From: Planctomycetota bacterium
GTDB taxonomy: Bacteria > Planctomycetota > SZUA-567 > JAKLDR01
DNA: 64,000 bases
Reading direction: 5' to 3'
Assembly: GCA_022703445.1 (NCBI GenBank)
Contig: JAKLDR010000001.1
Coordinates: 23,884 to 87,883 of the forward strand
Below, piece after piece: positions 7,616 to 15,881 of the stretch. The notes under the pieces were generated by a model. The model saw only the letters and a list, made by a program, of their open reading frames with translations. It was not told the DNA's origin and made no database searches. Made by a program: the position numbers and the translations under genes. Positions within the stretch are counted from its first letter, which is position 1; every line of letters starts with the position of its first letter.

Positions 7616-8746
7616 ATGGCTGTCAAGCCCGCCAACGGCACCCCCAAGTACCAGATCGTCAAGCAGGCGCTAATGGACCGCATCGCCGGCCGGCGCTACT
7701 CCGCCGAGCTGGCCGTGCCGCCCGAGAAGGTGCTGGCCAAGGAACTGGGCGTGGCGCCCATGACCGCGCGGCGCGCGCTGCAGGAGTTGGTGCAGGAGGG
7801 CGTGCTGGTCCGCGAGCGCGGACGGGGCCGCGGTACCTTTGTGCGTCAGGGCCCGGCCCGGGCGGCGAACGGCGGATCGGCCGACGCGCGGCTCCGGCGG
7901 GTCGGTGTCATCCATGCCTACGACTGGGAGCGGCTCCAGGCCTCGCCGGTCTATCATCTGACCTTCCTCGAGGTCCAGCGCGAGTGCGCCCGGCGCGGCG
8001 TGGGGCTCGAGCTGCTTCCGGCCCAGCCCGGCGACGGCAGGAACCCCGCGAAGCTCGCCCGCGAGTCCGGTTGTCAGGCGCTCATGGTCCTGGACTGGAC
8101 CGAGGGCGCTCCCGAACTGCTGGCCGCAGCGGCCGATCGGCTGCCCGTGGTGGTGGCCGGGCCGTTCCAGGAGATGATCCCTCTTTCCTTCGTTGCCCCC
8201 AACGACTTTCAGGGCGCCTGGGCGGTCACCCGGCACCTCCTCGAACTGGGCCATCCGCGCGTGGCCATGATCAACTCCCGCAAGGTGGCCAAGGCCTCCT
8301 CCGACCGCCAGGGCGGCTGGGCGATGGCTTTGGACCGCGCCGGGGCCGAGCGCGAGGGGCTGCTCTACCAGGCTGGCCGCCTCAAGCAGGGACAGGGAGA
8401 GGACTTCCGGGAGATCCGAGCCGAACTCCTTGAACAGTTCCGGCAGCGGCCGCCGCCCTCGGCGGTCTTCGCCCGCGACGGTTTCATGGCCATCGCGGCC
8501 ATCGGCGCGCTGCGCGAACTCGGCCGGAGCTGCCCGGGGGATGTCAGTGTGGCCTGCATCGGCCGGTTCTTCGAACAGGCCTTGGACGCGCCCCGGCTGA
8601 CCGCCGCCCAGTACGAGGACGGCGCCCTGGGCCGCGAGCTCCTGCAACTGGTCGAGGACCTGCTGGCCGGGCGGCGGACGGCGCCGGCCGGCGTGCTCCT
8701 GCCCATGCGCGTGGTCGAGGGCCAGACCACCCGGAAGGCTGACTGA
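7616..8746 (+). CDS. Transcriptional regulator R2, GntR-type HTH + LacI/PBP1-like domain (376 aa)
   Basis: ORF 7586..8746 trimmed to MAVKPANGTPKYQIVKQALMDRI. The GntR signature is VPPEKVLAKELGVAPMTARRALQELVQEGVLVRERGRGRGTFV. Same length as R3 (40576..41706) and roughly 80-90% identical to it by eye. Confidence 0.9.
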   Translation: MAVKPANGTPKYQIVKQALMDRIAGRRYSAELAVPPEKVLAKELGVAPMTARRALQELVQEGVLVRERGRGRGTFVRQGPARAANGGSADARLRRVGVIHAYDWERLQASPVYHLTFLEVQRECARRGVGLELLPAQPGDGRNPAKLARESGCQALMVLDWTEGAPELLAAAADRLPVVVAGPFQEMIPLSFVAPNDFQGAWAVTRHLLELGHPRVAMINSRKVAKASSDRQGGWAMALDRAGAEREGLLYQAGRLKQGQGEDFREIRAELLEQFRQRPPPSAVFARDGFMAIAAIGALRELGRSCPGDVSVACIGRFFEQALDAPRLTAAQYEDGALGRELLQLVEDLLAGRRTAPAGVLLPMRVVEGQTTRKAD

Positions 8747-8756
8747 GGGAGGATTG

Positions 8757-10643
8757 ATGATGAGTGCTCCTAAGATTGTGTCGATCGCCGCGTTGCTCCT
8801 GACTGTTACGATGGTCGCCTTCGCCGGTGAGACCGGCCCCGCCGCCCCGGCCCGGCCGGCCGGCGTGCAGGTCTGGACCTGCGACGCGCCCGGCAAGCTC
8901 ACCGCCTTCGACCAGGCCCCGGCCGACGCCAAGCCGGAGCTTAAGCTCGTGGGTGTGCGCAATGCCCGTTTCGCCGCGCAGATCGTCCTGGCTTCCGGGC
9001 AGCCCATCCGCGGCGTGAAGGTCAGGGCCACGGACCTGACCACCGCCGACGGCAAGGGCAGCATCCCGGCCAAGCAGGTGGCCTTCCGGTTCGCACTGCC
9101 CGGCGAGCCCATGCCCAAGAACATGTACGTGCCGGAGTGCCGCTTCGACGCGCTGCTCTCCGAGGCGCCGAAGGAGGCTCCGGCCCGGACCGTGCCGGTC
9201 AACTCGAACTACAACGCTCAGAAGAAGCCCGCCGGCGCGATGCAGCCGATCTGGGTCACGGTGACGGTCCCCGCGGACGCCGCGCCGGGCAACTACAGTG
9301 GCAAGGTGACCGTCGAGGCCGAGGGCCTGGCCGCGACCGAGGTGCCGCTCGCTCTCAAGGTCCACGCCTGGACCATGCCCGAGACCAAGGACTACACCTG
9401 CCGCAACAACATCTGGCAGTCGCACGAGTCGAGCGCCCTTTGCTACAAGGTGCCGATGTGGTCCGAGGAGCACTTCAAGCTGATCGGGCAGGTGCTGGAG
9501 CTGACCAGGCCGATGGGCAACGGCTTCTGCGTGGTGCACCTCATCAAGGGCGCCTACCACCAGGGCAACAGCGAGAGCATGGTCCGCTGGGTGAAGAAGG
9601 GCGAGAACCAGTACGAGCATGACTTCTCCGTCTTCGAGAAGTACCTCGACGTCTACGAGAAGGCCCTGGGCAAGCCCAACGTTCTGCTGCTGACCGTCTA
9701 CCACCCTTACGTCGACGCCAAGGACAAGGAGGGCAAGCTGACGGGGAGCGCCACGGTCAGCCTGCTCGACAAGGCCACCGGCAAGATCGAGGACCTTCAG
9801 GCTCCGGCCTACGGCACGCCCGAGGCCGCCGCCTTCTGGAAGCCGGTCATCGACGGGTGCTTCCAGCGCATTGAGAAGAAGGGCTGGATGGACGCGGTGG
9901 TCATCGGCACCTCCTCGGACAACGGACCCAAGACCCCGGCGCCCTACGACACGGTCAAGGCGGTCTGGCCGAGCCCCCGGATCATGTTCTCGGGCCACCC
10001 GCGCCCGGGCGAGTTCGCCCTCTCCGACAAGAGCAAGGTGCCGGTGCCCTGCGCCGAGCAGGTCTGGGCCGCCGGGACGCTGCGCCCGGCCTATCCGTGG
10101 CCGATGATCGCGAGGCCGGCCTCGGGCACCTTCGCCTTCTCCCGCGCCGGGGCGGGCATGTGTCACCTGCGCCAGGAGACGGACATCTACGCTTACCGCG
10201 CGAACGCCGAGATGTGCCTGCAGTGCAACCAGAGCGGCATCGGCCGGGTCGGCGCCGACTTCTGGCTGCCCCCGGGCCGCAAGACCGTCCTGAGCGGCGA
10301 CCAGGGCATGCACATCGGCCCGAGCGCCAGCATAACCGCCTTCACCGCGCCGGGCCCGCAGGGGCCGGTCACGACCACGCGCCTGGAGCTCTTTGTGGAG
10401 GGCATGCAGGCCCGCGAGGCGCTCGGCTTCCTGCTCAAGGCCCTGGCTGAGAAGAAGCTCGACGCGGCACTGGCCGCGAAGTGCACCGAGTACTTGAGCG
10501 CCCGCGCGGCCGCCAACAGGCCGTTCGCGCCGAAGACCTACAACCTGGAGGTGGGCATGCCCTACCGGGCCGACTGGCAGGAGCAGGAGGACAAGCTCTT
10601 CACGCTCTGCGCCGAGGCGGCGAAGGCCATGGGCCTGAAGTAG
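8757..10643 (+). CDS. Secreted GH123/DUF4091-like putative glycoside hydrolase
   Basis: Signal peptide ..VAFAGE|TGP. The N-terminal sandwich ([31 protein letters not shown]...[10 protein letters not shown]) and [46 protein letters not shown] match the pattern I associate with DUF4091/GH123 proteins. The family call is from memory of motifs, not a search. The track start 8754 is TTG; ATG codons lie at 8757 and 8760. Confidence 0.8.
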   Translation: MMSAPKIVSIAALLLTVTMVAFAGETGPAAPARPAGVQVWTCDAPGKLTAFDQAPADAKPELKLVGVRNARFAAQIVLASGQPIRGVKVRATDLTTADGKGSIPAKQVAFRFALPGEPMPKNMYVPECRFDALLSEAPKEAPARTVPVNSNYNAQKKPAGAMQPIWVTVTVPADAAPGNYSGKVTVEAEGLAATEVPLALKVHAWTMPETKDYTCRNNIWQSHESSALCYKVPMWSEEHFKLIGQVLELTRPMGNGFCVVHLIKGAYHQGNSESMVRWVKKGENQYEHDFSVFEKYLDVYEKALGKPNVLLLTVYHPYVDAKDKEGKLTGSATVSLLDKATGKIEDLQAPAYGTPEAAAFWKPVIDGCFQRIEKKGWMDAVVIGTSSDNGPKTPAPYDTVKAVWPSPRIMFSGHPRPGEFALSDKSKVPVPCAEQVWAAGTLRPAYPWPMIARPASGTFAFSRAGAGMCHLRQETDIYAYRANAEMCLQCNQSGIGRVGADFWLPPGRKTVLSGDQGMHIGPSASITAFTAPGPQGPVTTTRLELFVEGMQAREALGFLLKALAEKKLDAALAAKCTEYLSARAAANRPFAPKTYNLEVGMPYRADWQEQEDKLFTLCAEAAKAMGLK

Positions 10644-10664
10644 GAACCCGAGGGAGAACGCGCC

Positions 10665-13334
10665 ATGAAGCTCACGCTGCCGCTCGTCCTGCTGCTCTCG
10701 GCCGGCCTGGCCGGCGCGTCCCGCGGCGGCGAACCCGCGCCGTCGGGCCCGGTGATCCTGGACGGCTCGGGGACGCTCTGGCGCAGCTTCGTCGTCTGGA
10801 AGACCCCGGCCGTGCTGGCTGCTGACGGCAAGGTTCGGCCGCTGACCGGCCAGCAGTACTTCTGGTGGGCGGCGGAGAGGATCGATGGCAAGGGCCAACC
10901 CCTTGCCGACTGGCGTTCGGCTCCCGCCCCCGAGGGCTGGACTGCGCCGGAGTTCGACGACGGCGACTGGCCGCAGTCGGCCGGCCCGCAGGGGCCCGGC
11001 TATCGCGCCAAGGACTGGCAGCACCCCGGCTTCTCGATGTGGAGCGACGGAAGCCCGGCGCAGGTCAACGCGGTCTACGCCCGGGCCAAGTTCCGGGTGG
11101 CCGATCCCACCAAGGCCGGCAACCTCAAGCTGACCCTGCGCTATCAGGGCGGCGCCGTCGTCTACATGAACGGCAAGGAGATCGCCCGCGGCAATCTCTC
11201 CGAGGGGAAGCTCGATCTCGATGCCCTGGCGGCCCCCTATCCGGACGATGCCTATCTGGGCGCCGACGGCAAGCCGTGCACCGGCGAGGCCAACGCCAAA
11301 AGCACGCCCGAGCAGCTGGCCCAGTTCGAGAAGCGCGTCCGGCGCCTGGAGGTCGAGGTCCCGGCCTCGGCGCTGCGCGCGGGCGTCAACGTCCTGGCCG
11401 TCGAGCTCCGGCGCGCGGCCTACAAGGAGATCTGGCGCGCCCCGGCCAAGGAGTACCAGGGCGGCAGGTTCTGCGAGTGGCCCTGGCCCTGGCCGCACTG
11501 CCGGTTGATCGAGGCGCGCCTGGCGGCGCCGGCGGCCTCCGACGCGGTCGCCGCCAACGCCGGCCGGCCGGTCGGGATCCAGCTCTGGCGGCCGCACCCC
11601 TGGGCCACGGTCACGGGTCTGAGCTACGGCGACCCCTGCGAGGGCGCGGCTCCGCTCCGGCTGGTCGGATTCCGCAATGGGGCCTTCTCCGCCCAGCTGG
11701 TGGTCAGTTCGACCGAGGCCTTCTCCGGCCTGGCGGTCACCGCAACGGACTTGGCCGGGGAGAAGGGTTCCAAGCTCCCGGCCTCCTGCGTGCTCCTGCG
11801 CCATCCGGAGACGGACGGACTCCGCTTCGACGCGCTCCTCGACAAGCCCCCGGCGCAGGTTCCGGTGCGCGAGTACCGGGCCCACCGCGAGGCGCCGGCC
11901 CAGAAGGTCGCCATGCAGCCGGTGTGGGTCACCGTGAAGGTCCCGGCCGACGCGGCGCCCGGCGAGTACCAGGGCAAGGTCCGCGTCGAGGCTCAAGGGC
12001 TCGCTGCGGTCGAGGTGCCGCTCGCCATCAAGGTCCATGACTGGCGCCTGCCGGACGCGAAGGACCTCGTCGCCCACAACAACCTCTGGCAGTCGCAGGA
12101 GAGCGTGGCCGCGCGCTACAAGGTACCGCTCTGGTCCGACAGGCACTTCGAGCTGATGGGCAGGTGCCTGGAGCTCTCCGCGCCGCTGGCCAACAAGTAC
12201 TGCAACGTGCACCTGGTCAAGGGCGCCTTCTGCATCGGCAACACCGAGTCGATAGTTCGCTGGATCGACAAGGGCGATGGCAAGTACGACCACGACTTCG
12301 CTCCCTTCGACAAGTACCTGGATCTGTACGAGAAGACGCTGGGCAAGCCCAAGGTGCTACTCGTCGACGTCTGCGTGTCCATCCATTCGAGCAACCGGCC
12401 CAAGGACGGCAGCTGTCCGGTGAAGGTCAGCCGGCTCGATCCCGCCACCGGCAAGGTTGAGCCCATGGGTCAGCCGCCGCTCAAGCCCGACACCGGCGTG
12501 GCTTTCTGGAAGCCGGTCTTGGATGGAGTCAAGGCGCGGCTGGAGAAGCGCGGCTGGTGGGACGTGACCCTGATCGGCACGGCCTCGGACTCGGGACCCG
12601 GCAAGGAGGAGGCCCAGGTCTTCAAGGAGATCTGGCCGGACAAGGCCTGGCTCTTCTCCGGTCACCCCAAGACCACCGCGGTCGCCGGCGGCGCCGCGCC
12701 GGTGAAGTGCATGGAGTGGGTCTGGGGCGCCGGCAGCATCTGGAACCCGGCCGGCGGCGAGGGCTTCATGGGCGGGCCGAACTACCCCGCTCCCTGGAAG
12801 CGCAGGGACTACATCTCGGTGGCCTTCCCGCGGCTGGGCGCCGGGGCCTGCGAGCTCTACGGCTACATGGGCAGCAACCAGCCCTCGCCGCTCGGCACGT
12901 ACCGCCTCTTCCCCGAGAAGGCCATGCAGTGCGGCCAGGACGGCATCGGCCGGGTGGGCCTGAACTTCTGGGAGTTCACCGACGAGGGTGGTCGTAAGCG
13001 CCAGCTGGACTTCGGCCAGGGGACGGGGCAGTTCTTCTTCAACACCGGCGTGTCCTGGTTCCTGGGCGCCGGCCCCGACGGCCCGGTGCCCACGACCCGC
13101 TCGGAGATGTTCCGCGAGGGGCTCCAGGTCCGCGAGGCCATGACCTTCCTGCAGCAGGCCGCCGACGGGGGCAAGCTCCCGGCGGAGATGGCTGCGAGGA
13201 TGAACGAGCTGCTCAGGCAGCGCGCAACCAACATGATCCGCGAGCTCGGCGACGGCCACCGCGAGTGGCGCGAGAACGAGAACCGGCTCTTCGCGCTCTG
13301 TGCGGAGGCGGCGAAGGTTGCCGGCGGGAAGTAG
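10665..13334 (+). CDS. Secreted GH123/DUF4091-like paralog with an extra N-terminal jelly-roll (GH2-N/CBM-like) domain
   Basis: The C-terminal ~580 aa are colinear with 8757..10643 ([48 protein letters not shown]; NNLWQSQESVAARYKVPLWSDRHF). The N-terminal ~300 aa have PEFDDGDWPQS...VYARAKFRV...LKLTLRYQGGAVVYMNGKEIARG...GVNVLAVELRR, typical of a galactose-binding-like domain. Confidence 0.85.
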   Translation: MKLTLPLVLLLSAGLAGASRGGEPAPSGPVILDGSGTLWRSFVVWKTPAVLAADGKVRPLTGQQYFWWAAERIDGKGQPLADWRSAPAPEGWTAPEFDDGDWPQSAGPQGPGYRAKDWQHPGFSMWSDGSPAQVNAVYARAKFRVADPTKAGNLKLTLRYQGGAVVYMNGKEIARGNLSEGKLDLDALAAPYPDDAYLGADGKPCTGEANAKSTPEQLAQFEKRVRRLEVEVPASALRAGVNVLAVELRRAAYKEIWRAPAKEYQGGRFCEWPWPWPHCRLIEARLAAPAASDAVAANAGRPVGIQLWRPHPWATVTGLSYGDPCEGAAPLRLVGFRNGAFSAQLVVSSTEAFSGLAVTATDLAGEKGSKLPASCVLLRHPETDGLRFDALLDKPPAQVPVREYRAHREAPAQKVAMQPVWVTVKVPADAAPGEYQGKVRVEAQGLAAVEVPLAIKVHDWRLPDAKDLVAHNNLWQSQESVAARYKVPLWSDRHFELMGRCLELSAPLANKYCNVHLVKGAFCIGNTESIVRWIDKGDGKYDHDFAPFDKYLDLYEKTLGKPKVLLVDVCVSIHSSNRPKDGSCPVKVSRLDPATGKVEPMGQPPLKPDTGVAFWKPVLDGVKARLEKRGWWDVTLIGTASDSGPGKEEAQVFKEIWPDKAWLFSGHPKTTAVAGGAAPVKCMEWVWGAGSIWNPAGGEGFMGGPNYPAPWKRRDYISVAFPRLGAGACELYGYMGSNQPSPLGTYRLFPEKAMQCGQDGIGRVGLNFWEFTDEGGRKRQLDFGQGTGQFFFNTGVSWFLGAGPDGPVPTTRSEMFREGLQVREAMTFLQQAADGGKLPAEMAARMNELLRQRATNMIRELGDGHREWRENENRLFALCAEAAKVAGGK

Positions 13335-13344
13335 GGGGCCCAGC

Positions 13345-15873
13345 ATGCGCACTGCCCTGATCTGCGTCATCGTCTGGAGCGCGGGCCTGGCGACTCAGGC
13401 CGGCGAGGGACCCGCCTTCGTCGCCAAACCGTCGGTTTCCTCGGAGGCCGGCGTGGCGCGCATCACCTTTGAAGCCTCGGCTCCGACCGACGTGGCTGTG
13501 GAGGTGCTCGACAAGGACGGCCGGATCGTCCGGCACCTCGGGGCCGGGGTCCTGGGCGCCAATGCCCCTGAGCCCTTCAGGAAGGGGACCCTGGCCCAGT
13601 CGGTGGTCTGGGACCGCCGCGACGACGCCGGCAAGCCGGTGACCGGCCCCTGCACGGCCCGGGTGCGTCTGGGGCTGCGGGCCGGTTTCGACCGCTTCAT
13701 CGGCCCGGACGCGGCCGCGCTGGCCAACTGGGTCTCGCCGGCGGGCCTGGCCGTCGACTCCAAGGGCAACCTGCTGGTGCTGGGCTCCAGCGGGGCCGCC
13801 CCCCTGGCCGCGCGCACGGAGAACTGCCTGATCGCCATATCCCGCGAGGGCAAGTACCTGAAGAGGCTGTACCCCTTCAGCGCCAAGACCGCGACGGACA
13901 AGCTGCGCGGGGTCGACCTGCTCTCGTCCCAACCGGGGCGGATCGAGCCGCGGGTCTACGAGCAGGTCTGCACCGCCTTCCTGCCCCAGTTCCAGGCGCT
14001 GGCCCGGCAGACCGTGGCCATCACCGCCGACGACCGGCTGGTGATCGCCAGCGGCTGGGCCACCGAGCTCTACGGCTTCGGGCCGCGCGGGCTGATGGTC
14101 CTGAACGCCGACGGCTCGGTGCCGCGCGAACGGGTCGACGGCCCGGTCCTGCTGCAGGGCTGCAACAGCGGCTACCTGCACATGGCGGCCCATCCCGACG
14201 GCAAGAGCGTCTACGTCTGCGGCCTGGGCACCGGCCGGGAGTATTCCCCCGGCAAGCTGCACCATGTCGTCTACCGCGTGGGCCTGGAGCCGGACGCCAA
14301 GCCCGAGGTCGCCTTCGGGGAACTGAACAAGGCCGGCGGCGACGACAAGCACCTCAACGACCCGCGGGGCATCGCCGTGGGGCCCAAGGGCGAGGTCTAC
14401 GTCTCCGATTTCGGCAACAACCGCATCGTGGTCCTGGCGCCGGACGGGGCCCGGCAGCGCGAGATCAAGGTGGAGGGGCCGGCGGTGCTGGCCGTCCACC
14501 CCGGGAACGGCGCGATCTACGTCCACTCCATGCCGGCCGGCGGCGGGCACAAGCTCCTGAAGCTGGAGGGCGACGCCAAGCCCGTCTGGGAGCTGACGCT
14601 CCCCTCCGGCGGGAAGCGCGACGGGGTCATGACCCATCCGGTCATCGCCCTGGACTGGCGCGCCCCGGCGCCGATCGTGTACCTGGGGTTCAGCGACTAC
14701 TTCGCCCGCTGCTGCGTCCTCAGGGCGGTCGACCGCGGCGACAAGTGCGAAAGCTCCGACATGCTGCCGGCCCCCAAGGGCAACGGCTGGATTACGGGCA
14801 TGGCCGGAGTCGACGCCGAGGGCCGGCTCTACGCCAAGCAGGTCGCTGCCGGCAACAACAACGCCAGCTCCTGCATCCTGGATCCGGACGGGGCCTCAGC
14901 CAAAGGCTGGTGGGCCAAGTACTACGACAACGTTGTGCTCGGCGGGGACGGGCTGGTCTACAGCTACAAGATGGGGAAGAGCGAGTCCAGCGAGACGCTC
15001 GCCAGGGTCACCGTGGACAAAAGGCCGGCGCCCTTCTCCGCCTCCGGCGAGTTCACCGAGGTCTTCCCGCGGGACCTCTGGCCGGGCCGGCGGGACAGCA
15101 TCTACGTCAGGCCCTCCGGAGACATCTACCTGCTCAGCTACCTGGAGCGCGGCGGCAAGGAGACCGGCGTCTTCCACCTCACGCCCGACGGTCGCTTTGA
15201 CAAGAAGCTGCTCGGCAGCCTGCCGGCCCCGGCCAGCGTGAAGGTCGACAGCCGGGGGAACATCTTCATAGCCGACAACCTCAAGCCCGTCGGCCAGCAC
15301 TGGCCGGCGGAGATCAACGACTTCGTCTCCAAGCTGGACAAGCCGGGGCAGGCGCAATACGCCGAGATCTACGGGGCGGTCCTGAAGTTCGGCCCGGCCG
15401 GCGGGACGGTCAAGCGCCTGGCCAAGGGCGCCGCGCCCTCCGGGGACGGCAAGGCCCGGGTCATGGACGCCTGCCAGGGCGAGTGGAAGTTCGAGGTCGA
15501 GGGCCTGCTGGCCAGCTACGTGGGGGTCAGCCCGCGGCCGCCGCCGCGCCTGGAGCGCTCGAAGTGCTGGTGCTTGAGCTCTAGCCTGGACATGGACCGC
15601 CACGACCGCCTCTTTGTGCCCGACTCGGCCCGGTTCCGCGTCCACGTGCTCGACTCCAACCTGAACCTCATCCTGGACTTCGGCGGCTACGACAACGCCG
15701 ACGCCCCGGGCGGCGCGGCCAACGCGCCGGGGCCGGAGATCCCGATGGAGTGTCCGCTGAGCGTGCGCGCCTCGGACACCGCCGCCTACGTCCTCGACGC
15801 GGCGCCCTGCACCCCGCGGGTCGTCAGGGTCAAGTTGAGCTACGCCGCGGAAGAAACCTGCGCTTTGCCTTGA
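13345..15873 (+). CDS. Secreted NHL-type beta-propeller family protein, paralog b
   Basis: ORF 13300..15873 trimmed to MRTALICVIVWSAGLATQAGE|GPAFVAKP. Ig-like N-domain: ITFEASAPTDVAVEVLDKDGRIVRHLGAGVLG. Canonical NHL blade: LNDPRGIAVGPKGEVYVSDFGNNRIVVLAPDG. CxC segment: KCWCLSSSLDMDRHDRLFVPDSARFRVHVLDSN. Tail: YAAEETCALP. Confidence 0.9.
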   Translation: MRTALICVIVWSAGLATQAGEGPAFVAKPSVSSEAGVARITFEASAPTDVAVEVLDKDGRIVRHLGAGVLGANAPEPFRKGTLAQSVVWDRRDDAGKPVTGPCTARVRLGLRAGFDRFIGPDAAALANWVSPAGLAVDSKGNLLVLGSSGAAPLAARTENCLIAISREGKYLKRLYPFSAKTATDKLRGVDLLSSQPGRIEPRVYEQVCTAFLPQFQALARQTVAITADDRLVIASGWATELYGFGPRGLMVLNADGSVPRERVDGPVLLQGCNSGYLHMAAHPDGKSVYVCGLGTGREYSPGKLHHVVYRVGLEPDAKPEVAFGELNKAGGDDKHLNDPRGIAVGPKGEVYVSDFGNNRIVVLAPDGARQREIKVEGPAVLAVHPGNGAIYVHSMPAGGGHKLLKLEGDAKPVWELTLPSGGKRDGVMTHPVIALDWRAPAPIVYLGFSDYFARCCVLRAVDRGDKCESSDMLPAPKGNGWITGMAGVDAEGRLYAKQVAAGNNNASSCILDPDGASAKGWWAKYYDNVVLGGDGLVYSYKMGKSESSETLARVTVDKRPAPFSASGEFTEVFPRDLWPGRRDSIYVRPSGDIYLLSYLERGGKETGVFHLTPDGRFDKKLLGSLPAPASVKVDSRGNIFIADNLKPVGQHWPAEINDFVSKLDKPGQAQYAEIYGAVLKFGPAGGTVKRLAKGAAPSGDGKARVMDACQGEWKFEVEGLLASYVGVSPRPPPRLERSKCWCLSSSLDMDRHDRLFVPDSARFRVHVLDSNLNLILDFGGYDNADAPGGAANAPGPEIPMECPLSVRASDTAAYVLDAAPCTPRVVRVKLSYAAEETCALP

Positions 15874-15881
15874 GAGGAGCC

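Noticed and set aside
8544-12293. 1249-aa ORF on the minus strand
   Set aside because: It is antisense to two well-supported + strand genes (GH123-like paralogs). Its composition is extreme in Arg/Gly/Pro/Ala/Leu with no recognisable domain. It is a typical stop-codon-free shadow frame in ~70% GC DNA.
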